From contig CAWBLQ010000004.1 of the NCBI GenBank assembly GCA_963789715.1, forward strand, positions 286,367-350,366: DNA of 64,000 nt, given 5' to 3'. Shown here in pieces: positions 1 through 8,231 of the stretch. The notes under the pieces were generated by a model. It worked only from the letters and a program-made list of their open reading frames with translations, was not told the DNA's origin and did not search any database. This DNA comes from Candidatus Binataceae bacterium (GTDB lineage: Bacteria > Desulfobacterota > Binatia > Binatales > Binataceae). Made by a program: the position numbers and the translations under genes. Positions within the stretch are counted from its first letter, which is position 1, and each line of letters opens with the position of its first letter.

Positions 1-1
1 A

Positions 2-400
2 ACTTCCGATTGGGGAAAGCAGGCCGCACAAAAGGCGAGCGTCGCCGATCCGCAAGCCGATGGCGCGATGTGCCTGAACTGTCATGCCACGGGCGCCGGC
101 GGCAACAATCCGCCGGATCCGAGCGAGGGAGTGTCATGCGAGGCGTGTCACGGGGCTGCGGCCGATTACGCGCCGAGAGACAAACACGGCGAGATTGGTA
201 ATGACCCGGCGAAGATGCAGGCGGCGGTGGCGCTGGGTCTGATCGACATGCGCAAGATGGACGTTCGCGAGCAGAATTGCCGCGGCTGTCACGTCGTGGA
301 TACCTCCAAGCGACCCTGCTATCGCGCGAGCGAGAAGCCCTTCGACGTCCACAACGATCAGAAGTTCAAACATTGGAGGGACAACATCCCGCCCATCTGA
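2..400 (+). CDS. Multiheme cytochrome c (c554-like), 5'-truncated by the window edge
   Basis: Frame is open from base 2 (TSDWGKQAAQKASVADPQADGAMCLNCH...). Three CxxCH motifs: CLNCH, CEACH (in EGVSCEACHG, typical of c554-like domains) and CRGCH. Stop TGA at 398-400. Confidence 0.8.
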   Translation, partial: TSDWGKQAAQKASVADPQADGAMCLNCHATGAGGNNPPDPSEGVSCEACHGAAADYAPRDKHGEIGNDPAKMQAAVALGLIDMRKMDVREQNCRGCHVVDTSKRPCYRASEKPFDVHNDQKFKHWRDNIPPI

Positions 401-474
401 TTCGTCAACTGAGGCGGGACTTGACCCTCTTGTTTGCCGAAATGTTCCTGGCATGGTTGCCGACAGAAAGGTGA

Positions 475-3033
475 TCAGAAACCCTTTCGAGTCATGCGAA
501 TCCCCATCGACTTCATGAACGCTGTCGGCAACTCAAAGCCAATCATTACGAACACGAAGTCGTTCTCGATCTCAATCGGCTCCGTCAACTTTACTACGCC
601 GGGATCGGGTGCCTGGCCGGCCGAAGGGGGTGTCTCAGCCGCGCGCTCCTCGCGCGTGCGGCGTCTAAACAATGCGGTCAGCCGGGTGAAGAAGCCACGC
701 CGTGCGGGTGGTTGAGCCCGCTGGTCTGTCGTTTGCTGCTTGCGCGGCGTTCCTGCTCTCGGAGCCAGGACGACTTTGCCGGGCTTGATCTCCTTCACCT
801 CGCTCAACGGGTACAGAGTGATTTGGCCTCGCTGCTGCAGATCGCTGACCTTTACGGCGTTCTCAGGGGATGTCGGCGGACCGAGAGCCGCGTCGCGGAA
901 AGAGTAGGAGACGGTGTTGCGCAGCACGGGATTCGCAAGCAATTGCGTTGTTTCAGCGCCATTGTTTCCTCCACCAACGACAAGGATCCGCTTATCTTTG
1001 AACTCCTCGGGCTCGGACAGACTGTAAAAAACGCGATCGGCCGTTGCCCCCGGAACCGCCAGCTTGCGTGGCGTGCCACGCACGCCGATTGCCAAGACTA
1101 CGTAACGCGCTTTGAACCGTTTGCCCGACTGCGTTGCGATTTCAAACACTTCGCCCGTTCGAACTATGGCAGCAACCTCCTCACGCTCGTTGATCTCAAG
1201 CTCCATCTTACGGAGCATCTCCTCCCAATGTTCGACCAACGCTTCTTTCGTATTGTCGCCCTGCATGTAGAACGAGCCGTATTCATCCAGCTCGATCGGA
1301 GTGGCCTGAACAAACTTGCCGCGCGGATAGGTTCGTATCGTGCTCGCCGCCGTAGTCTTCTCCAGCGCCAAATATTTCAGCTCATTTGACTTTGCGGTCC
1401 ATGCCGCGCCGATTCCCGTCGGACCGCATCCAACTATCGCAACGTCGTAAACCCCCGGCTCAACCGCGGTCTTCTCATGGCGAATCGCATTGGCAATCGC
1501 CGTAATCACCTGACACCCCGAGCGCATGACAAAATTGATCGAGGACGTTCTTCCACTAGCTTCGCCGGCAACATAAACGCGGGATAGGTTGCTCTCGTAA
1601 GTGTCGTCGAGCGCGGGTATCTCCGGGGTTCGTTGCGGACCGGAATTCGAAACCACCTCGCGATGCGTTTCCACCGGCAGATAACGGAAATAACCTATTC
1701 CGATCAACGTCATCGTCGCGAGTGCGAGAATCGCGACCAACCACGGACGAAGAGTTACTCTTCGCAGCGCCAGGCTCAGCGATCCGTCGCGCAAGCCGTG
1801 CACCGAGATCGTGTAAGCCGCAAGTTGCAGAGCGGGGGGTTGATGAGGTCGAATCGTCGGCGCCTTGGACGGGAAGTCTTTGATCAGACTGCCACCTCGA
1901 TAGTACGAGTGGAACGCGTGGCAATCAGCACATGCGTTAAGAGTTTTCTCTCTCGGTAGCTCCAGCACCTCGACCTCAGCCGCCTCGGCGCGACTCGAGT
2001 TCATAACGCCATCGCGGTCTATTGACATCGCGACCTGCCCAGCAGACGTGCCCGGCTCGTGCGCGTGACAGCCAAAGCACTTCGCGATCTCATTGGTGTG
2101 CGAATCGCGCGGCTTTTCGCTTTCCTCGATATGCAGATGGCATCCGGCACACTCGGCGCGGAGATGGCCCGCGGAATGAGGCACAAAAATCGCGTTGATG
2201 GGACGGAAAATAACCGACTGAACAAACGGGATGGTTGCCGGCTCGGGAGGAGGGCTGACAGATTGGCTCGGCGCAACCGGCTGCACACTCGCGAGCTTCA
2301 AGTCTTCGTCCTGCCAACTCGAATGGCAGGTGCTGACCGTGCATCCAGCGGTTACTATCGCAAATTCTTCCGGCGTTTCATTCGATGGCGCGCTTACCAG
2401 ATGGCACGAACGGCAATTGAGATGTTGTCCCGAGCGATCGAGCACGCTGGCCAACTCCTCAGCCGACTTCACGGCAGCCTGCTTGCGTGCGCGAGATCGC
2501 ATCTTTTGCGCACTCTCCCTTGCTTCCCGCAAGTGTTTGAGTGCGTCTTCGAGATGTTCCTTGTGATTGAAGTCCTTGAGAAAATTCTGGAGCGGTTTCC
2601 AGCGAACCCGCAAGCTATGACCGTGCGAGCTGACGTCCTTTATCGAGTCATGCGCGTGACACCAGGCGCAATTTGTCCCGGACGTGGCAGCCAAATCCAC
2701 GTTGCGCCCCTGGTGATCGGTATGACAGGAAAGACACGCCAAGCGATCGTTGAGTCCGGCTATATGCTCGGCGGCGACGAGGCCGAAATCCTTGTCGTCA
2801 AGCTTGGCGTCGAAGTGTTCGTTTCGATCGATGTTCCCGTGACAATCGATGCATCCAGCGCTGGCCAATTGAACGCCCCGCCAAGGCTGATGGCAGGCGG
2901 CGCAATTGGCGCCGAACGGCTGATGACCTTCAAGGAGAGGGCCGGGCGAATAACTTCGATGAAACGAGAGCAGCGCCGCCAGAAGGGCGAGAGTGAATAT
3001 CCCGGCGACTATCAGTCGGGTCCGGCGATTCAT
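475..3033 (-). CDS. Multiheme cytochrome c fused via a transmembrane helix to a permuted FAD/NAD(P)H pyridine nucleotide-disulfide oxidoreductase (TrxB/YpdA-like), 852 aa
   Basis: Start moved from 3120 to the ATG at 3033, which forms an ATGA overlap with the upstream stop. N-terminal hydrophobic anchor (LIVAGIFTLALLAALLSF), 8 CxxCH plus 1 CxxxxCH, second TM (WLVAILALATMTLIGIGYF), then VYVAGE, YDVAIVGCGPTG (FAD), VVLAIG and ILVVGGGNNG (NAD(P)H). Confidence 0.85.
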   Translation of the reverse strand: MNRRTRLIVAGIFTLALLAALLSFHRSYSPGPLLEGHQPFGANCAACHQPWRGVQLASAGCIDCHGNIDRNEHFDAKLDDKDFGLVAAEHIAGLNDRLACLSCHTDHQGRNVDLAATSGTNCAWCHAHDSIKDVSSHGHSLRVRWKPLQNFLKDFNHKEHLEDALKHLREARESAQKMRSRARKQAAVKSAEELASVLDRSGQHLNCRSCHLVSAPSNETPEEFAIVTAGCTVSTCHSSWQDEDLKLASVQPVAPSQSVSPPPEPATIPFVQSVIFRPINAIFVPHSAGHLRAECAGCHLHIEESEKPRDSHTNEIAKCFGCHAHEPGTSAGQVAMSIDRDGVMNSSRAEAAEVEVLELPREKTLNACADCHAFHSYYRGGSLIKDFPSKAPTIRPHQPPALQLAAYTISVHGLRDGSLSLALRRVTLRPWLVAILALATMTLIGIGYFRYLPVETHREVVSNSGPQRTPEIPALDDTYESNLSRVYVAGEASGRTSSINFVMRSGCQVITAIANAIRHEKTAVEPGVYDVAIVGCGPTGIGAAWTAKSNELKYLALEKTTAASTIRTYPRGKFVQATPIELDEYGSFYMQGDNTKEALVEHWEEMLRKMELEINEREEVAAIVRTGEVFEIATQSGKRFKARYVVLAIGVRGTPRKLAVPGATADRVFYSLSEPEEFKDKRILVVGGGNNGAETTQLLANPVLRNTVSYSFRDAALGPPTSPENAVKVSDLQQRGQITLYPLSEVKEIKPGKVVLAPRAGTPRKQQTTDQRAQPPARRGFFTRLTALFRRRTREERAAETPPSAGQAPDPGVVKLTEPIEIENDFVFVMIGFELPTAFMKSMGIRMTRKGF

Positions 3034-3965
3034 ACTCCGCCGAAATACAGAACCCCTGCGACGTGAAATATCAGAAGCGCGAATGTCAGCACGGATAAGA
3101 GTATGTGAAGATCCAGCCAACCCGTGCTGAGATGGATATTGAAAGAGTTATGATCGAGATTCACCTTGCGGGCCGCCAATGCCAGCAGTTCGCGATAGGT
3201 TTTCTCGTCACCCGATTCGGCGGTCTTTTCTGCCGCCGCGGCGCAGGCTTGCTGACCGGCGTCGATTCCCTTTACCGTCGCCATCAACAGCGTCAACCGC
3301 GACGCCGATCGATCGCTGAGAAGTATAGGCTTGATGTAACTGATGTATGCTTTGATAAGTCTGTCGTCGTGCCCAAGGATTTTCTCCTCCGCCTCGCGGT
3401 ACACCGCACTTACCCTGGACTCGACGTCCTCCAGCCGAACCTCGTGCTCGGCGAGTCGCGTCATTGAGTGTGGAAGTTTGTCCTGCAGTATCGCGCCAAA
3501 GATTCCGCTGACAAAAAGCAACACCACCAGCGTTGCGAGCACTACCTCAAGCGGGCTCATCGCGGCAGTGCTTACGTGCCACGACAACGGAAGCAACGCG
3601 AGCATGCCGAGCGTCAAATGAAACGCCCGCCATGTTTCGAGCCGATCCAGAATGACCAGCCGGCGCTGAATCGCGGCGGGAAAGATCTTTCCGGTGAACT
3701 GCAACACGCGGACGGAGAACCAGATGTTGCGCTTGCGGACGCTATACCAGGCGATCGCGATGAAGCTGGCCAGCGCAATCGAGCCCGACCAATATTCTCC
3801 AATCTCACGTCCAAACGTCGACGTAGCTGCGTTAAGGCCGGCAGCCGCGAGCAAGCAGATGGTCAGCCACAGCCAGGTACGGACGGGCAGCGCGCGCCCT
3901 CGGCGAGCGCGAACAGCCAAGGTTGGCCGGTTTGCGAGGTCGGCTCGAGCCTCTTGAGTAGCCAT
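3030..3965 (-). CDS. Membrane protein, ferric-reductase-like / di-heme cytochrome b type
   Basis: Several hydrophobic segments. Two helices each carry H-x13-H (FHLTLGMLALLPLSWH and LHILLSVLTFALLIFH). Sits 3 nt after the upstream stop and overlaps the downstream start (ATGA). Confidence 0.7.
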   Translation of the reverse strand: MATQEARADLANRPTLAVRARRGRALPVRTWLWLTICLLAAAGLNAATSTFGREIGEYWSGSIALASFIAIAWYSVRKRNIWFSVRVLQFTGKIFPAAIQRRLVILDRLETWRAFHLTLGMLALLPLSWHVSTAAMSPLEVVLATLVVLLFVSGIFGAILQDKLPHSMTRLAEHEVRLEDVESRVSAVYREAEEKILGHDDRLIKAYISYIKPILLSDRSASRLTLLMATVKGIDAGQQACAAAAEKTAESGDEKTYRELLALAARKVNLDHNSFNIHLSTGWLDLHILLSVLTFALLIFHVAGVLYFGGV

Positions 3966-3968
3966 CGG

Positions 3969-5639
3969 CTAGTCGTTCGAACCAATGACTTTTCTAACGC
4001 GATCGTGTCCGGAGATTGCGGCTAGCGTCGCACCCGGGAACAAATCGGAAGGCCTGATTCTCATCGCGGAGCCTGTCGGGCAAGCGTGAACGCATCCCAT
4101 GAACGGGAGCCCGTCGCAGAGATCGCACTTTATGGGATAAGCGGTGGGAATGTGCGTTGCGGCTTTTGGTCCGGATTCGGCGGTTGATTCGGACTGCTGC
4201 TCCGACGCTTGATTACGGCCGAGGATGCGCTGCCAAAGACTGGGCGCGAGCCGTTCGTGGCCGCCCTGCTCGTGACTGGCGAAGATCCGGCTCCATAGAT
4301 TGTGCTCGACGGCGTGCGAAGGAACCGGGTAAGGCCGGAAGAATTCTCGACCTAGAGTTTCGGCCTTTCGATCCTGCGCTGCGTCGAACTTGCCGGTCTC
4401 GATCATCGCGATGTTGTCGTAGGGACATGCGATTGCGCAATTACCGCATCCGATGCACATGTCATACTGGAAGTAGATCTCGCCTTCCGGTCTGCGTTTG
4501 ATCGCACCCGTCGGACAGCTATTCATGCACTTGGGATCGTCGCAATGGCGGCAGGCAGCCGGGATCAGATATTTTCCGAGCTGGATTCCGGTCCTGATGA
4601 GGCGGCTGGTGCCGTGAAGGGACTCGCATGCCGTCACGCAGTTGTCGCATTTGACGCACAGGTCCAGGTCCATCACCAACAACGCGTCGGCTTGAATCAC
4701 TCCGAACTGGCCGCTGTCCTTCAGAATCGCCGAAAGCTCCGGCGTGAGCTGTTTCTCGGCCTCGAGGCGGCGTTCGATCGTCGCGTGCACCTGCGCTTCG
4801 GCTTCGGGAAACTGTCGGATGAGCGCCGCGACGTCTTCGCCGCGAATCCTGACCACTTCGCACTTGCCCGCGGTCAAAACACTGGCGTTGCGGACGTGGC
4901 CGCTGTCCACCAGCGACATCTCGCCGAAATATTCGCCCGCGCGCCGATACGCCAGCACGCGCCGCGTGCCGTCCTCGCGTTCGCGGACGACCTGGACGTA
5001 GCCGTCGCGGACAACGTAGAGACTGTCGCCGGCCTCGCCCTGCTTGAGCAGCACAATCCCGCGCTGGTCGTAGTGTTTGATCTCGCAATTCGCAATCAGG
5101 CGATCGATGAACTCGCCCTGGACGCCCTTGAACAGCTCGAGCTCGCTTACCATTACCCGGATGGCGCGCTCGCGAAATCGCGCGGAGAGAATCGCGCGCG
5201 CCTCATCGTTGGTCTCGATGAATTTGAGGCAATGGCGGGGAAGATAGAAAATCTCGGTGTCCTCGGCAGCAACGATATCCAGCGTGCGCGGCAGTCCGCC
5301 CAGGGCGCCCATTTCACCGTAGAACTCGCCCGCTCCGCGCGCTCCGACCTTGGTCCTGACTGGGCCGTTGATTTCGAACAGGTCGACGCTACCCTTCAGG
5401 ATGAAGCAGAGATCGAGTTCATATTCGCCCTTGGCGCAGATGAGCTCGCCGCGAGGAAACCGTGCGACGCGCATCGCAGCCTCGGAGTCATAGGCCCTCA
5501 GGAACGCGTCGTGTTCCTCGGCGGAGAAGCGGCTGAAGAGACCGAATGCGGAAAGCTCGGACCACAATTCGATACCTGATCGTCGGATCGGTATTCCAAG
5601 AGAGTCCACAAGGCCACCGCGTATCGTGCCAACCCCCAT
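3969..5639 (-). CDS. Tandem cyclic-nucleotide-binding domains fused to an NrfC/DmsB-like 4x[4Fe-4S] ferredoxin
   Basis: Two CAP/cNMP folds with phosphate-binding cassettes GEFYGEMGALGGLPRT and GEYFGEMSLVDSGHVRNA. Cys motifs CVKCDNCVTAC, CRHCDDPKCMNSCP, CIGCGNCAIACP and CDLCDGLPFMGCVHACP. Confidence 0.88.
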   Translation of the reverse strand: MGVGTIRGGLVDSLGIPIRRSGIELWSELSAFGLFSRFSAEEHDAFLRAYDSEAAMRVARFPRGELICAKGEYELDLCFILKGSVDLFEINGPVRTKVGARGAGEFYGEMGALGGLPRTLDIVAAEDTEIFYLPRHCLKFIETNDEARAILSARFRERAIRVMVSELELFKGVQGEFIDRLIANCEIKHYDQRGIVLLKQGEAGDSLYVVRDGYVQVVREREDGTRRVLAYRRAGEYFGEMSLVDSGHVRNASVLTAGKCEVVRIRGEDVAALIRQFPEAEAQVHATIERRLEAEKQLTPELSAILKDSGQFGVIQADALLVMDLDLCVKCDNCVTACESLHGTSRLIRTGIQLGKYLIPAACRHCDDPKCMNSCPTGAIKRRPEGEIYFQYDMCIGCGNCAIACPYDNIAMIETGKFDAAQDRKAETLGREFFRPYPVPSHAVEHNLWSRIFASHEQGGHERLAPSLWQRILGRNQASEQQSESTAESGPKAATHIPTAYPIKCDLCDGLPFMGCVHACPTGSAMRIRPSDLFPGATLAAISGHDRVRKVIGSND

Positions 5640-5747
5640 GTGTCAATAGTCGTCGACAAAAGCGCAGCGCGGAGCCGCTCAACTGGCTTCTGAGTGGCGC
5701 GTAGCTGGAGTAGGCTCGGGGACGCCCGTTGGCCGAGGGTGCGACTC

Positions 5748-7301
5748 ATGGCGCGACAACCGGAACAGCAGTCAGCAGGCACGCCGCCGCCGAAATTCGC
5801 CGATACCGTCGTCATCGGTGGCGGCACCGCGGGAGCGGCGGTCGCGGCTCTTCTAGCGGAACATTCGGGGCAGCATGTGCTGCTGCTGGAAGCCGGTCCG
5901 GACTACGGTTCGTTCGCCGCCGGACGATGGCCGGCAGAACTCACCGATGCGGGCGCGATACCGACCACGCACGACTGGGGCTACGACAGCGGGAAGCAGT
6001 ACGCGCCGCGGGTAGTCACTTACGAGCGCGCTCGTGTAATCGGCGGATGCTCGTCGCATAACGGATGCGCCGCGATTTGGGGCAGCCGCCTCGATTACGA
6101 CGGATGGGCCGCGCTCGGAAATCCGGGATGGTCCACGGACGGACTGCGCCCGCTGTTCCGCGCTGCCTCCGAGCGTCTGCGGGTTAGAATTCCGGAGCCG
6201 GAGGAGATCACTCCTTTCCAGCACGCCTCGTTAGACGCCGCGGCCGAAGCCGGAATCCCGCGTGTCGCTGATCTTAACAATCTCGATGAGAACCTGGGCA
6301 TGGCGCCGAGTCCTGTGAATATCGCCAACGGCGTCCGCTGGAACACCGCCTTCGCCTATCTCGATCCGGTCCGCGGGCGATCGAACCTGACGATCGTTGG
6401 CGACTCCGTGTGCGACCGCCTCGAAATCAGGTCAGGACGAGTGAACGCGGTCGTCGTAGCCGGACGCGAGGGTCCGGTCCGCCTCGAAGTGGGCCGCATT
6501 ATCGTGGCTGCTGGCACCTACGGCTCTCCCGCGATTCTTCTTCGCTCCGGGATTGGCGATCCCTCCGAACTTCGCTCGGCCGCAATCACACCTGAGCACG
6601 ACCTGCCCGGAGTCGGCCACAACCTGCACGACCATCCGCGGGTCTCGCTCAGCTACGAGGGCACGCGCGAACTCGAAGAGATGATGGCCGCATTCGCGCG
6701 CGACCACTGGATGCCGGAGGAGCAGACGATCGCCAAGGCGCGGTCCTCGCGATGTACGCGGGGATTTGATCTGCACATCTATCCGGTTGGCGGACCCGAC
6801 CGCACGACTGAAACCGGTTGGCGATGGACACTCGAAGTGGCGTGCATGACGCCGCGCTCGCGGGGTGCGCTAAGCCTGACGAGCGGGAGCAGCGCCGTGC
6901 CGCCCATCATCGACCATAGTTACTTATCCGATTCCGAGGACGAAGATTTGCGCGTGCTTGCCGACGGCGTCGCGATCGCCCGGGAGATAGCCTCGAAACC
7001 TGCGCTGTCCCGACTTGTGGGCACGGAGCTTTCACCGGGGAGCGCGATCGCGACCCGCGCCGGCGTCGAGGCGTTCATCAGGTCCAATTGCCTCCACTAC
7101 TACCATCCGGTGGGGACATGCAGGATGGGCCCGGCCAGCGATCGGTCCGCGGTGGTCGACTCGCGCGGAAGAATTCACGGGCTCGACAACGCTTACGTCG
7201 CCGACGCGTCGATCATGCCCGTGATACCGCGCGCCAACACCAACCTCCCGGCGCTGGTCGTCGGTGAACGAATCGCACGCTGGCTGCTTGAACTTGGCTA
7301 G
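5748..7301 (+). CDS. GMC family oxidoreductase (choline dehydrogenase-like)
   Basis: VVIGGGTAG, LLLEAG, RARVIGGCSSHNG, AAGTYGSPAILLRSGIG, GVGHNLHDH, YYHPVGTCRMG, ADASIMP and ANTNLP. Start placed at the ATG at 5748. Confidence 0.92.
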   Translation: MARQPEQQSAGTPPPKFADTVVIGGGTAGAAVAALLAEHSGQHVLLLEAGPDYGSFAAGRWPAELTDAGAIPTTHDWGYDSGKQYAPRVVTYERARVIGGCSSHNGCAAIWGSRLDYDGWAALGNPGWSTDGLRPLFRAASERLRVRIPEPEEITPFQHASLDAAAEAGIPRVADLNNLDENLGMAPSPVNIANGVRWNTAFAYLDPVRGRSNLTIVGDSVCDRLEIRSGRVNAVVVAGREGPVRLEVGRIIVAAGTYGSPAILLRSGIGDPSELRSAAITPEHDLPGVGHNLHDHPRVSLSYEGTRELEEMMAAFARDHWMPEEQTIAKARSSRCTRGFDLHIYPVGGPDRTTETGWRWTLEVACMTPRSRGALSLTSGSSAVPPIIDHSYLSDSEDEDLRVLADGVAIAREIASKPALSRLVGTELSPGSAIATRAGVEAFIRSNCLHYYHPVGTCRMGPASDRSAVVDSRGRIHGLDNAYVADASIMPVIPRANTNLPALVVGERIARWLLELG

Positions 7302-7583
7302 TCTGCGCCGAAAAATCGGCGTCATGGTGGGATTGCGCCGCCGAGCAGAGGGCATTTTTCGGAAGCAATTTATGCACTGGAGGTTTTTCGCCACGCCTTC
7401 GCCGCAAAACCACAGATCGTGACGGCTCCGATCATGCCACTCAGATACACTTGTGCCGCCAATTTTCACGCCTTATCTGATGTGACTCTGCTGGAGACTC
7501 AGGCGGGACCTTTTGTAAATGCCATCTGGGAATGAGTACGGATGTAATTTGCCTAGCTGTATGCCGCGGGAGGTACTTCTCGG

Positions 7584-8231
7584 ATGAGCGACATTGTCGA
7601 CCCAAAGCTGAACGGAAGCACGCCAGGGGCGATCTCAAGGCGCGACTTTATCAAGGGGGTCATCGTCGGCGGCGCGGCCGTCTCTTCTGCAGGATATCTA
7701 TTCCGCGCGTCCACGCTGCTGGCTCAATCCGGTGTCGGTGTCGCAGGTGCACGGCTGCTTACGATCAACGTCAATGGGCAGAATCGGCGCGCGGACGTTA
7801 TGAAGCAGGAGACGCTCGCATGGACGCTGCGGCATAAGCTGGGCCTCACGGGCACGAAACTGGGCTGCGACCGGGCCGAGTGCGGCTCATGCACGGTGCT
7901 GATTGACGACGTGCCCCACTACGCATGCTCCGTGCTCACGCACACGGTGCGCGACCGCAAGGTTCTGACTATCGAAGGGTTGGCGAATGCAGACGGAACT
8001 CTGCATCCGATACAGCAGGGGGTCGTCGACGAACAGGGGTTCCAATGCGCGTTCTGCATGCCCGGTTTCATCATGGCGTCGGTGGGATTCCTGAAATCGA
8101 ATCCCAACCCCACCCGGACCGAGATGGCGCAGGGCGTCTCTGGAAACCTGTGCCGCTGCCAGGACTATGACAAGATCCTCACCGCGCTGATGCGCGGGGC
8201 AGAAAATATGAGGAAGGTCAGCCATGTCTGA
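7584..8231 (+). CDS. (2Fe-2S)-binding small subunit of a xanthine dehydrogenase family enzyme, with Tat signal (PaoA/YagT-like)
   Basis: Twin-arginine motif SRRDFIKG followed by a hydrophobic stretch. GTKLGCDRAECGSCTV, QCAFCMPG and GNLCRC. Confidence 0.92.
   Translation: MSDIVDPKLNGSTPGAISRRDFIKGVIVGGAAVSSAGYLFRASTLLAQSGVGVAGARLLTINVNGQNRRADVMKQETLAWTLRHKLGLTGTKLGCDRAECGSCTVLIDDVPHYACSVLTHTVRDRKVLTIEGLANADGTLHPIQQGVVDEQGFQCAFCMPGFIMASVGFLKSNPNPTRTEMAQGVSGNLCRCQDYDKILTALMRGAENMRKVSHV

Noticed and set aside
3034-3120. ORF-track N-terminal extension of the multiheme protein (similar over-long starts at 5694, 13135, 14735, 19457, 21333, 28139, 35621, 39351, 44523, 52531, 53013, 54676 and 58196)
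   Set aside because: The extensions overlap neighbouring genes or lack RBS and homology. Downstream starts give ATGA/GTGA coupling, an RBS or a proper signal peptide.
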